The notes: generated from the sequence alone by a model not told the origin. DNA of 64,000 nt from Octopus bimaculoides (GCF_001194135.2 NC_068984.1:123101818-123165817); one strand, 5' to 3'; positions 13,165-25,378 are shown, numbered from the stretch's first letter. Made by a program: numbers and translations.

Positions 13165-16100
13165 TTAGTGCCTGCTGCCTCGAAGATGCAAGGTGGAGAG
13201 GAGGTTCCGCTAAGTTCCTGACAGGCAAAGAACACAGGTACAAGATTTTCTAGGCAAGGAACACAGACAGGGTTGGGGGCATTGATATACTTCTTGCGGA
13301 GAAATGGGTGGATAAGGTAATCGAAGTAGTCAAAGTATGCAATAGAATACTTAAGATTAGATTAGTGCTTCATCATGGGTTAGCAACCATTATCTTGGCC
13401 TATGCCCCTCAGCTGGGGCTACCCAATGGACAGAAAAACCGATTTTATGACACCCTCTAGCAGACTACCTTATTGACAGGGACCTTCTCTTTGTGGCTGG
13501 TGACTTCAATGGACATGTTGGACAACATACAGGGGGCTTCCATGGCGTACATGGAGGCTATGGTTTTGGTTCCTGCAATGAGGAGGGAACCAGTCTGCTG
13601 GAGTTCTGCAATGCAAATGATCTTATGGTTTGCAATACTACCTTCCGGAAACCTGCCAGACACTCTAGCCAAATTGACTACATCCTCGCCAGAAAAAGGG
13701 AAAGATGGCTGCTTATAAATGCCAAAACCTTCCCAGGCGAAGAATGTACCCCACAACATAGAGTGGTAGTTAGTGACTTCAGGATCAGGGCTAAGTGGAC
13801 GACCAGCATGGAGGAAAAAGGTCTGGAAGCTTAAAGATCCTGCGAATAGACAGATATTTAGAGACATACTAGCAGAAATACCCGGGTTAAAGAGAATAAT
13901 GAAATCTAAAAACGCTGTCTAGACTACGCAACCCTCAACTGTTAGTAGCTACGATACCATATTTCTACATTAATAACTCTCCAATCCATGCCAGCATGAA
14001 ACATAGACATTAAGTGGAATGCCAGTCTCTCATCTAGAAAGGCCTTGAAATCAATGTTACCAACTGGGGACTATGTGTGTTGCAGTGATAATAAAAAGAC
14101 TCAAAGGAGGTCTGCAGCGAAATAATTTTACTCAACACTTTGCAAGTGAATCAGTGGAGGCAAAGATGCGTCTCATTTACTTGACAATTTATGCACCACA
14201 TTGCAGAAATCACAATGTAAGTATATCTGAAAGGGTAGTNNNNNNNNNNNNNNNNNNNNNNNNNNNNNNNNNNNNNNNNNNNNNNNNNNNNNNNNNNNNN
14301 NNNNNNNNNNNNNNNNNNNNNNNNNNNNNNNNNNNNNNNNNNNNNNNNNNNNNNNNNNNNNNNNNNNNNNNNNNNNNNNNNNNNNNNNNNNNNNNNNNNN
14401 NNNNNNNNNNNNNNNNNNNNNNNNNNNNNNNNNNNNNNNNNNNNNNNNNNNNNNNNNNNNNNNNNNNNNNNNNNNNNNNNNNNNNNNNNNNNNNNNNNNN
14501 NNNNNNNNNNNNNNNNNNNNNNNNNNNNNNNNNNNNNNNNNNNNNNNNNNNNNNNNNNNNNNNNNNNNNNNNNNNNNNNNNNNNNNNNNNNNNNNNNNNN
14601 NNNNNNNNNNNNTGTCATTGTTTCAGTTAGTGGAATAACGTGTACATCTATATGTATACATATACATCTCTCTCTCTCTCTCTGAAAGTATCTGTCATTA
14701 CAGTATCGAAATGTGATTGTTTCAGTTAGTAGAATAGTTTCAATTTTAAAGTGAAAGTATTTGACACGAGTGTTTTTGTTTCACTTTTGACACATAATAC
14801 TTAAATAGTGGAGGAGATATTATGTTGCCGTGGGCTCGAACTCTGCAAGAAGTTAAAATATTTTTTTGACTAAAACACAAATGGAACCCTAAGTAAGGCA
14901 TCTGTAAAATTTGAATGAAATTGGCTGCGTAGTTCTCGAGTTTTAGGGATTCACACACACATTCTCATTTTTATATATATAGATTACTCGAAGCCTTTGA
15001 CGAAATAGGAGATATAGCTTCACACGATGTAGGAGACAGCTGGGGGTTTCTACGGGACAAGCTGCTGAGGGCCACTGACCAGATCTGTGGATGGCACAAA
15101 GTCCCCTCTCAACCCAAAATAACATGGTTGGGGAACAATGTGGTTGACAGGGCTATGAGAGAAAAGAAACAGATTTGGAAGGACTGGAAGAACGGCGGTA
15201 GAAGGGAATTGTATCAGACTGCCAGAAAGGAAGCTAGGAGACAGGTTTATTTAGCCAGAAGGGAAGCAGATAAGAAAAAATTTGTCAATGTTCTGCGCTG
15301 TGAGGTGTTTCATGTTGCAAGACTGTGAGAGAGAATCATGATGTAGTAGGAAAGAAATGTGTCCGCATGGTTGATCGTTCACTAAACGAGGCTGCAAAGA
15401 GAAGGGTTTGGAGATGCCACTATGAAAGGTTGCTCAATAAAGAAAATGAATGGGAGAAAGAGTCTGCCGAATGTCGACCCAACAGAGGGACCAGCTATCA
15501 GAGTTGACATTACCTTAGTAGATAAAGCAATCAAGAGGTATGAAGACAGGGAAAGCCCCCGGCCCATCAAGAATCACTGCAGAGATGCTCAAAATATCTG
15601 GCAGTGTCAGCTATAGCCTAGTTACCCGTATAGTTAACCAGGTGATACACGAAGGAGTCATACCCAATGACTAGTAGAGCAGCACCATAGTCAGCTGCTA
15701 CAAAGGTGAAGGTGACACTTTAGATACAAATAATTACAGAGGTATCAAGTTGTTGGATCAGGTAATGAAGGTCACAGCCCAACTAATTAGGGAGAGAGTC
15801 AGTTTAGATGCGGTGCAGTTTGGGTTTGTGCCAGGGAAAAACACCACTGATGATATATTTCTGGTAAGACAGATGCAGGAGAAATACCTAGCCAAAAATA
15901 AACCTGTTTACCTGGCTTTCATTGACATGGAGAAAGCCTTGACAGGGTCCCCAATCCCTTGAGGAAACTAGGGATAGATGAATGGTTAGTGAGAACTGTG
16001 CAAGCCATGTACAGGGACACTGTCAGTTAAGTGAGGGTTCGCAACAAGTACAGTGAAGAATTCCGGGTAGAGGTAGGGGGTCCACCAAGGTTCAGTCCTC

Positions 16101-16441
16101 AGCCCCCACCTATTTATCAATAGTCCTGCAGGCAATAACAGGAGTTCAAGACAGGATACTCCTGGGAGCTCCTCTATGCTGATGACCTTGCTCTAATTGC
16201 TAAGTCACTATCAGAACTAGAGAAGTTTCAGGTGTGGAAGCAAGGATTAGAATCAAAGGGTCTTAGAGTTAACCTAGCTAAAACCAAAGTCCTCAGTAGG
16301 AAGGTAGACAAACCACAAACCCCCTTCAGATAGATGGCCCTGCTCGATCTGTAGAAAAGTCATAGGTAGAAACTCTATAAGATGTACCCAGTGTAAGCTA
16401 TGGACACATAAGAGGTGCAGCAACATCAAAGGAAGGCTAAC
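13165..16441 (+). mobile_element. Degenerate RTE-clade LINE (AP endonuclease + RT), interrupted by a Helitron
   Basis: Endonuclease motifs AGDFNGHVG and SQIDYIL (13493-13834); RT motifs QFGFVPG and FIDMEKA (15750-15962), then GVHQGSVLSP-like and LLYADDL coding near 16080-16190; stops and frameshifts. Confidence 0.9.
13869..14983 (-). mobile_element. Non-autonomous Helitron (Lep1-like termini), contains an N-gap
   Basis: On the - strand it starts TCTATATATATAAAAATG and ends cccgggtatttctgCTAG; inserted between A and T with no TSD. Confidence 0.8.
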
Positions 16442-17025
16442 TAAACTCTGCTTGCGAAAACCTGTTAAGGCAAGTGAAATCGAAATCAAACCAAATTCGA
16501 CGACTGGTACCTGTGCCAGTGGAGCGCTAGGAGGACCATCCAAGCATGATCATTGCCAGAGGAGCTGTCTGGCTTCCGTGCTGGTGGCACATAAAGAGCA
16601 CCATTTGAGTATGTGGGACTTTCTATACTTTGACAATTTTCATATCTTAGCATCCTAAGAAGCAATAGTTTCCCCAAAAGAACTAGCTATTGCAACCAAA
16701 ATTAAATATTGAAGAAAACACATTTGGCCAAATTTGGACATACAATAATCTAACATAATGAGATTAATTAATATATATATACACACACACCTCTAGGCAC
16801 AATGCCCAAAATTTTGGGGAGGGGGCATCGATTAGATCGACTCCATACACAACTGGTACTTAAGGATGAAATACCACTCAGTATTTCGCCCGGCCTGCTA
16901 ACGTTTCTGCCAGCACACTGCCTCGATATATGTACATACATATTACAAGTGCACATATCTTTGTATTTCCTTGCCTTGACATTGCAGGATAGTTGTAAAC
17001 AAATGTCACCATCATACAAGGAGTG

Positions 17026-17480
17026 TCATTTGTTTCCAAACATTACCTTGCATAGAAACAAATGAAAATTGGCAACTGGAAAGGTATCAAGGCATTGAAG
17101 ATCTGCCTTTACAAATTTCATTTGAACCATGAAAGAGCAAACATTAAAATAATCTAAAAATGCATCTTCCAGTATCAGATCATCACATTTAACTGCTTCA
17201 CCTAACATGCAAATAAAGCAAATGATTTTTTCCCCCAGGAAAATAGGTTTTCCAACTTTATATTCACATATTGCTGGAATAGTCTGCTTTTGGGGTTTTT
17301 CACTGAATGCTGTCCCCACACCATACTGATACAGAGTTATGCACCTTAGCACTCGTCCAATTAGCTTAATCTCTGTTAGATGTTCTTCCTAACACAAGGG
17401 TACTGGGTGCATTCTGAACGGCACTAGCATTAGTGTCTAACCAGTAAGATTTCCCATGTCCCGTTGAATACAATGCACAT
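17026..17480 (-). mobile_element. Very old RTE-like remnant
   Basis: Weak resemblance to the RTE cysteine-rich and FCYLG region (CTQ, ICMLGEAV). Confidence 0.25.
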
Positions 17481-18003
17481 CCCCACTCCTCGAGGATTTC
17501 TACAATCCTTGACTTAAGTTACAATTTCCACCTTTGAACTACTACCAATAATTGCTGACTAGTCAAATGTTAGTTCTGGTGTGTTTCAGAATGAAGTTTT
17601 AACCCTTTTTATACCAAGCTGCCCACATATCTACAATACAAACTTCCTATTTGAAAGTGAACTAAAAATCCTCCATAAAAATTATTATCAACATAAGCTA
17701 AGTCAACAAATAAAGTGAGGTCTTACAGTAGTTTAAGTATTTGGCTACTGCCTTTAATGTGCTACTAACTTACCGCACACATCTATTCATAACTAGATCA
17801 AAATTCTGTTAAGTGTCACTACAACAGTAGTAATATCTTCAACACCACACTTGCTAATAATCTCTTGTACTTTTTCAAAATGAATTAGATTAGACTCAAA
17901 CTTCCAATTTTAACCGTGCCCTACGCTGGAGTTGGCTCCAAGCTTATCTAAACACAATACAGACAAAAACTCAAAACTACAACACCAGTTTAAATATACA
18001 TAG

Positions 18004-18009
18004 TTTATT
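18004..18009 (-). promoter_or_regulatory. RPS27A polyadenylation signal AATAAA
   Basis: tttatt on +, 15 nt past the RPS27A stop codon. Confidence 0.75.
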
Positions 18010-18024
18010 CCCACTGTTTACAAT

Positions 18025-18177
18025 TTACTGCCTCTCCTCTGGCTTATTGAAGACATATGTTAGATAGCATTTGCCGCAATAATGCCTATCAAAGTGTGAG
18101 GCCATAAACACACCAGCTCCACATTCCTCATTGGGACACTCACGACGCAGACGAGTGATTTTACCATTTTCATCAAC
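18025..18177 (-). CDS. RPS27A: RPS27A last exon: [50 protein letters not shown]
   Basis: Hand-translated S27a zinc-finger half; acceptor tttgttgcag; TAA at 18025-18027. Absent from the ORF track. Confidence 0.97.
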   Translation of the reverse strand, partial: VDENGKITRLRRECPNEECGAGVFMASHFDRHYCGKCYLTYVFNKPEERQ

Positions 18178-18597
18178 CTGCAACAAACAAAAACAATCCA
18201 TCATTTGAACATTGTAGTGAAACTGGTGAAAAATACAAAAAGAAAAAAAAAAAAATTAGAACTATTTAGTACAAATCAGAGGCATTCAATTATGACAAAT
18301 CTCTTGAACAATTTCAACAATTATTCCAGAATATGCCGTTATACAGCATGTAGGGTCTACACTCACAGAAAAAAGACAAATGTGAATTCTTGCAGTTGGT
18401 CATCAATTTACATCAACTTTCCATTCCAGACAGGCTGTAGAATAAGTTGATTCTCAGAGTTCTATGACTGCATGCCCTTTCTGACACCAATCATTTTGCA
18501 GCAAATACCAAGTCTCCATTTTATTGTCACCAGCACTAGCATACACAAAAGGCCTAATTAATTTCACTGAAAAGTCAACTCCAAATGTAAGTAGATG

Positions 18598-18642
<45 letters not shown>

Positions 18643-18678
18643 ACAATTGCTTGCAAGTTTCAATAAATACAGCTAAAT

Positions 18679-18753
18679 TGTCTGTGGATCAGAAACCATA
18701 AGTTTTAATCATTAATCAGGTGAAACACGGAAGAACATCATTTCCAACAGACA
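18679..18753 (-). ncRNA. C/D box snoRNA, SNORD126-like, copy 1
   Basis: Terminal stem tgtctgt/acagaca; box C AUGAUGU, D' CUGA, C' AUGAUUA, D CUGA; D' guide UCCGUGUUUCA complementary to conserved 28S UGAAACACGGA. Confidence 0.88.
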
Positions 18754-18869
18754 CTTGGTATCATGAATAGTTTAATACATTAACAGCCTTGGCCTGCTAC
18801 TGGAACTCACCAGCAACACCACTTACTTTCAGTCACACTGCATACTGTTTAATTAAAAGGAAATGTAAA

Positions 18870-19623
18870 CTTTTTTGAATTTTTACAATATTTCACAAGT
18901 AAACTTTTCCCTGTATAACAACTAAATCCACTGCAGCACCCAACTTCAAATTTTCCAAACTTTGATCCATTTTGTGGGCTTTCCTGGCATATACTGTTTG
19001 TTTACATTCTGCGGAAGTTTGCTTCCACAGTGATCGCTTCAAACAAGCATACTGAAAAAAAAAAATAATAAAATCTAACGGTTTCGCATCCTAAGAAAGA
19101 CTATGGATAGACCCCCACCTCCTCAGAAAAATTGCTAATAAAAACCTTTTAAAGTTTTTACTTCATTCCGATGTAATATCGTCTTTGCTGTTGCTATCGC
19201 CACTTTCAGTTTCTTCAGAATCACTGCTTTCGGTTTGAAATACAGAAATATCCTATTCATTCTCATACACCACATGCTTTTGTACCGCACTCATTCTTTT
19301 TCTCGATATCTCCATATTTTCCGTTGAAAAACCTTTAAATTCGGAATCACTGCCTGATAGCATGAAACTCCTATCCATTTTCAAAGTTGGAAAAAAAAAA
19401 AAAAAAAAAAAAAATCACCTAAAATCCACCGAATTCAGATATCACGTCAAGCAATGTCGGATACTTATAACTCAACTAGTTACAAAGTGAAATCACGTAT
19501 TTTCACAAATATACAAACAAGATTTGTGCTTAAATTCACATTTAAATAACAATGGGTACTCTCGGCTGGCTTGGTCTTATGAACAAAAAAATTTTCCTGC
19601 CAGGTTAGTATCGAAAGGGTTAA
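18870..19623 (-). mobile_element. Internally deleted piggyBac transposon fossil in the RPS27A last intron
   Basis: TTAA-CCCTTTCG terminus at 19623; acidic N-terminal SDSEFKGF (19325-19363); KQYMPGKPTKW-IKVW at 18955-18999. Second TIR not found, so the lower boundary is approximate. Confidence 0.75.
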
Positions 19624-19643
19624 AATATCAGTTATTCAAATAT

Positions 19644-19719
19644 GTCTGTGGATCAGAAACCATAAATATTAATCATTATTCAGGTGAAACACGGAAAAGA
19701 AACATCATTTCCAACAGAC
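19644..19719 (-). ncRNA. C/D box snoRNA, SNORD126-like, copy 2
   Basis: Same boxes, stem gtctgt/acagac and both guides conserved with copy 1, while the linkers differ. Confidence 0.88.
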
Positions 19720-20149
19720 TTCATAGCTACAATTTTCCATCCAGGCCAACATTAGCCTATTGATCAGATGGTTAACCCTATAATAGATGTATCCAGCTTC
19801 TAACAATCATCAGAATTAGCCACACACAAAAAACAAAAAAACCTGCACATGGTGATTGTGGAAGCAACCATTCAAATGAGAAAAAGTTTACACTATTGAG
19901 AATAAGTTTTCTAAAAAAATTACCAAACAAAAAGGGAAGCTGTTACTTAGGTTATATAACCTACCATGAAAAATCAATTGAGATATTTAAGATGAAAAAA
20001 ATTCTAACTACAGTTGCTCTAACTGATCTGATCAAATAGTGGTACTGTAGGTCTGAGCATCATTGTAGCCAGTTAAAATATTTTCAATTAACAGCCATTT
20101 ATCTATAAGTTTTGTTTACTTTTTAAAATAAATGAAGCAAGTTGTGTAT

Positions 20150-20206
20150 GTATTAGAAACCATTAATCAAGTGAAACACTGGAAACATCTAACAGCATCC
20201 TGGGAT
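20150..20206 (-). pseudogene. Decayed third copy of the SNORD126-like snoRNA
   Basis: ttagaaaccattaatcaagtgaaacactggaaacatctaacag: D (CUAA) and D' (UUGA) mutated, guide disrupted, spacer deleted. Confidence 0.7.
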
Positions 20207-21305
20207 TATTGGCAACTACATTTGCCCAAATTAACCTCCTGCCTATTGCAAACTTCAAATATAAACAGCCAAAGTCTTAAGATCTGAAGTATTGAATATT
20301 TACTTCCCATAAGCACTTGGTTCTTAGCTTCTAATTTTGGATTTTACCTTGTGAATAAAACATAAGAACTATAACCAGTGAATCAATGTTTAATTACACT
20401 AGACCTGCATATTCTATAGCAAAATTGGAACTCTTCAAACTCTGCATACCACAAATTGCTAATTGTAAAAGGTTCAATAAATCTAGATTGCAACTAAACG
20501 TGAAAGGTACAAAGAACATGGCTGGGAGATAGATTACAAGGAGACATCTTTCAGTGGGGCAGCCTGTCAATTGATGTGGTAACCACTATTTATTAGATAT
20601 AATACATTGAGTACTTTCATTATCACGAGAGAAACTTTTTTAAATTCACCATGAAAATTAGCTGGCACCAGTCATGAAGAATATAACATTTCCTTAGAAA
20701 ATACAGAGGTTTAATAAAGGATTTGATGCAAAGAATTAAATGTAGCATAATTATTCACTTTGGCAAACCCAGAACAGCCACAGCCAGATGGGAAAGTTAA
20801 AATGACAATTGTAAAATGCTTTCTGATTGGGCTATACAAGAAACGTTCAAGGCAAATATTTAATAAATGTTATTACAACATCAATAGCCCCCAAAAGACA
20901 GCTCACGGGGATAATAAAATGCAATTATTTGCAAAAATTTTAATCAATATTCTGGTGAAGCACCTATCGTCTTAAAGGTTAAGGGATACTAATACAAAAC
21001 ATACCCAGAAGAAGACTTAGGTACAACCCACCTTTGGTTCCATTTAACTAAATTCTAGACTGTTCTGAATGCCTGCTTTCCATGCTGGCATGGGTTGGAC
21101 AGTTTGACATGGAGCTGTCCAGACACCACCTGCCTGATGTAGCATCGTTTCTACAAGTGGACACCCTTTCAAACACCTCTAATTTGGAGGTTTTTCTAGC
21201 AAAGATCACTACTGCAACCATTCAGATAGGACTTGTTTTTCGCCAGAAACATATTTGAAGAGATAACATTCAAGTTAGTCAAAGTTATATATGAACAATT
21301 TGCTA

Positions 21306-21644
<339 letters not shown>

Positions 21645-21659
21645 TCATTAAATACTTAC

Positions 21660-21714
21660 CCTCCTTATCTTGAATTTTTGCCTTGACATTTTCGATAGTA
21701 TCACTGGGTTCGAC
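21660..21714 (-). CDS. RPS27A: RPS27A exon (55 nt): VEPSDTIENVKAKIQDKEG
   Basis: Ubiquitin residues 17-35; acceptor ttatag, donor G|gtaagt. Confidence 0.98.
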
Positions 21715-22472
21715 CTATAATGAAAAACATTTTTTAACAATGATTACCATAGCAATAATTTCTTACTTTATCAGATTAACAATTTCCTTTTATTGTTTGA
21801 CATTTAACACTGTCAATCTGAACGTAGATGTAACTTAGAATAAGCATAAAATTTTTGTTAGTTCAACAGACCACCACACTTCTGAATGTACCATAACCAT
21901 GTCTAAAATGACTTTTCAGCTATACAAATTTGTACCAATAGATAATCTATTATGTATTTTTTTAAAAATTGAAACTGAATTACTGAGAATTGTAATGAAG
22001 CAAGCTGAAATAACAGTGAGGCATGTAAAACAGAAATTTGAAATTTTTGTATCTAATTTGTACACTTGAAACTTAAAATAATTAGTAAATGTGTATATTT
22101 AGATATTGTAACTGTTATAAACAGCACACCAAGGTTGACCAGCTTTAGTTACAAAACTTGAGGTTAGTTATACACATCTAGTTCAATTTTGACATTTAAA
22201 AACTATCTTAGACAAAATTTATGCTGAAAGCTGAGAGCATTGTGCAAACAGGGACATTACACATTTGATTTCTTTATAAGACCTAGATTTGCGTAACAAA
22301 TTATGTAAGGTGACAAAATTACACACAAATATTTTGGATTTCTGTACTTTGAACATCGGCTACTAAGCTGATGACAAGAGAAATAGACTCCTCCACTTGC
22401 TACAAGTCCAAGTACCACATTAACCAAACAACTATGCAAACCTTTATTGCTGTTTAAATTTTGATAACTTAC

Positions 22473-22520
22473 CTCAAGTGTGATGGTCTTGCCAGTAAGG
22501 GTTTTTACGAAGATCTGCAT
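22473..22520 (-). CDS. RPS27A: RPS27A first coding exon (48 coding nt): MQIFVKTLTGKTITLE; exon begins at 22532
   Basis: Ubiquitin N-terminus; acceptor ttttgcag, donor GAG|gtaagt. Spliced CDS 48+55+218+153 = 474 nt, 157 aa. Confidence 0.98.
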
Positions 22521-22689
22521 GTTTAGCAGCCACTGCAAAATAAAAACGTTTTAAAATGTAAGTGAGCTAAACCTACAAGTGCAATAAACAACAGCAACAA
22601 CCTAAAATGGGTATGTGAACAAAAAGTGCAACAGGTTAGCAAAACCATGTGGTGTGTACATTGCTTTTAAACCACCACAGAAAAAGATT

Positions 22690-22889
22690 TTAACCCCCTT
22701 TGGCATTTAAACCATTTATATTCATCCCAAATATTTTGCCTGTTTTATGATCAAACCAATCAGATCTGGCTTCTTACACCTACCTTACAATCACTCAATT
22801 TAAATCTCAAAGCTACAAGATAATGCAAGATTAATTCAAAACAATGTAAATAAGCATTACATTTGGCAACCTGAATGCAAAAGGGTTAT
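22690..22889. mobile_element. TTAA-flanked MITE (piggyBac-type ends), degenerate
   Basis: ttaaccccctttggcatttaaac...aaagggtta; same family as 34792-35018. Confidence 0.65.
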
Positions 22890-23154
22890 ATATATATATA
22901 AAATCCTGTAGTATTTCTGATGCAAGGAAGTCCAGTTTAAAGGATTTTATTACTAAATTTTAGGTATTCAACATTACTTAACTCTTCTCTACAGATTTGC
23001 TTTTGCTGGTCCTACAATGCAATGTCCCCATATATATGGAACACCATTTTATCAAGACATTTACACAGACTAAGATTGAAAACTAGTAAATATCAACTGC
23101 TACAAAAATTGATAGCTAAAACCTAACAATGTAATAAATAAAAGTAGGAAAATC

Positions 23155-23224
23155 ATTGCTCAGAACATTTAACTTAATACAAATCACAGATTTCAGAAGT
23201 GTCCCAAGTGGTCATCACAGCAAT
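23155..23224 (-). ncRNA. C/D box snoRNA, U58/SNORD58-like, in RPS27A intron 1
   Basis: attgc/gcaat stem; C GUGAUGA, D' CUGA, C' GUGAUU, D CUGA; D' guide CUUGGGACACUU pairs over 12 nt (two G-U) with conserved 28S AGGUGUCCUAAG. Confidence 0.88.
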
Positions 23225-25338
23225 AATTTCCTACATTTATTTTTTTTTATACACAAATATTACCTGTACTGCAGATAGTCCTAAATACTTATTTCTATGT
23301 TCAAAGCTAAATGAACTGGGCTACTGCTGGTATTGTGCCACCACCACAAACATTTCTATTCAATTTCTCCTGCTCTTCATAAGAATTGGTAAGAGAACAA
23401 ATACAGCACTTCCACTAAACTCAGGTTCTTTTGAAATCAAAATGTGTGTATACATTCTCACCCATCCGTTTCATGGTCTTCCATTTGTCACCTTTAAAGA
23501 GGAACCTAATCTACACTTAAACTATTAAAATGTTAAATCGATTGTTCAATAGCTCGAGTTCACTTAAGGGTCGCATATTTCTAGGAAGAATGAGATGGAG
23601 GAACTTCTTGCAGTATATCCAGGAAATATTGCACTCCATTTTCCAGCACTAAGCATCAACGATGGCTATTAATTACCAGAAAAGTTAAAGCTAAAATAAC
23701 CAAATGGCTGCATCAGTGTAACATGATAGAAAATCAGTGATCCGAATATATAACTTAATTAAAATCAAATTTCAAGTCCTCCCCCCCAGTTGGGACACAT
23801 GAAATTCCTATACATTTTAATGGTAGAGATGGACTATATGTAATCTGAACCTTTCCACCCCCTTATTTATTAATTTTTTTTACGGAATCCCACGTTTTAG
23901 GCTATGGAGATTCCGATTCTGAAGAAAAAAATCTCAAAAACTAAAACTAAACCTACGACACCTTTATATCTAAGTGGTGCCCACCAAAGTACGTAAAGAA
24001 AAAAAAAAAAAAAAAAAAAAACAACTCCGTATTAAACTAGACTACCCAGTTGTCTCTAATATTAATAGAAGAGTCTGGCTAATTTGAAACCACTTACAAT
24101 ACTAGTGGCATAAGCGTTTGGGGATAATTCTTTTAGTACTATTTGTACGCAAGATATTTATCACTATTCGACAGAAAATTCTTGCAGAGAGGCGCCACAT
24201 CCCGCTTTATCACACTTCCCCGTAAAAAAATTTCAGATTTCCTATTGCAATTTTCGGAGAAAAAACTCGAATTTTTGATTTTCTCCCAACCCCCTTATGT
24301 TTTAAATTTACCATTTTCGAAATTTATTTTGGTGGCACCACAGTTGAAACTATGGAAATTATGATTCTAAAAATAATCAAAATTTCAAAAACTATAACTT
24401 TCCACTTGCAATTTGTGAGAGGAAAAAGACAAAGAATGTCAGAAAGTTTCTCATATTACTAAGAAATTTTAGTGGCAACATGCAACGGCCAAGTAACAAT
24501 TTACGTAATTTCGGAAACGTTGTTTAAACTCGTACTCATTATATGGCATGGTCTATATTCTATTTAAATCGTGAAAAAGACAAACTTATAACTTACGAAA
24601 GTTTCGTTATATTGTTCCTTATACAGTCCCGTAAACTAACACAAGTATGATGTGTAAAAATATAACGTGAATAGAAAAATTAAATAAATGTGCAGCTGGA
24701 AGTGAGATTTTAATAGCACATGGTATGAGATGATTTCTCAGCTGCGACAGCAATAACACATATGAAGCATGATATTACGACTGATATAATCCAACTTAAA
24801 GACGCTCCAACCAAGACAATCTTGTCTCGAGGAAAATTTGACCTGTTTCTTCCATTAAGATTTTTTTTAATGTTCAATCTGGGGCAACTTCGCCTTTATT
24901 CATACAAAATATTTCTAGGACTTAAATTACCCAATGCGTCCTTACTTCTCAGATGGGACATGATAGAAATTTGGGCAGTAGTCTAATTAATGATAAACTT
25001 CTTATACAGTAATGTATAATCATTTCGTAACTAAGTCATAATCCTAGAATCAAAAATATAAAATAACCTACATGCTTTCTATTTACAATTAAAATATATA
25101 AATTTAAAATGACTAACCGAATCTCACGCACATAGACTCCATGCTTGAGAAGAAATTACTCCACGTGAAGAAAGTCAATCATCTAACGGACTGGCTGGCG
25201 AATGATATGGGGTATTATTTACATTATAAGATACATAACTAAGTCGACAACAGAATAAATCAACAAACAGATATAAAATTAACATTATATACAATATTAA
25301 ACAAGCATTTAGAACAATTTTAGTCGGAGAAAGCTTAC

Positions 25339-25378
25339 CTGCAATGTAGTGCAATGGCGGATTCCGACTGAAAGGAAG
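25339..25378 (-). promoter_or_regulatory. RPS27A: RPS27A non-coding first exon with a 5' TOP/TCT start
   Basis: - strand CTTCCTTTCAGTCGGAATCCGCCATTGCACTACATTGCAG|gtaagc: pyrimidine tract typical of ribosomal-protein mRNAs plus a strong donor. Confidence 0.75.

Noticed and set aside
14073-14630. Long ORFs containing X runs (also 33306-33802, 40399-41047, 56181-56366)
   Set aside because: Artefacts of N-gaps.
17599-19623. Inverted TTAACCCTTT ends bracketing the RPS27A last exon, like a gene-capturing transposon
   Set aside because: The left end belongs to a separate degenerate MITE (57986 family) and the right end to the piggyBac fossil.
19764-19812. C/D-like box pairs on the - strand (also 18454-18495, 20020-20065, 24949-25025)
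   Set aside because: Too short or lacking a D box or terminal stem, with no convincing rRNA or snRNA complementarity.
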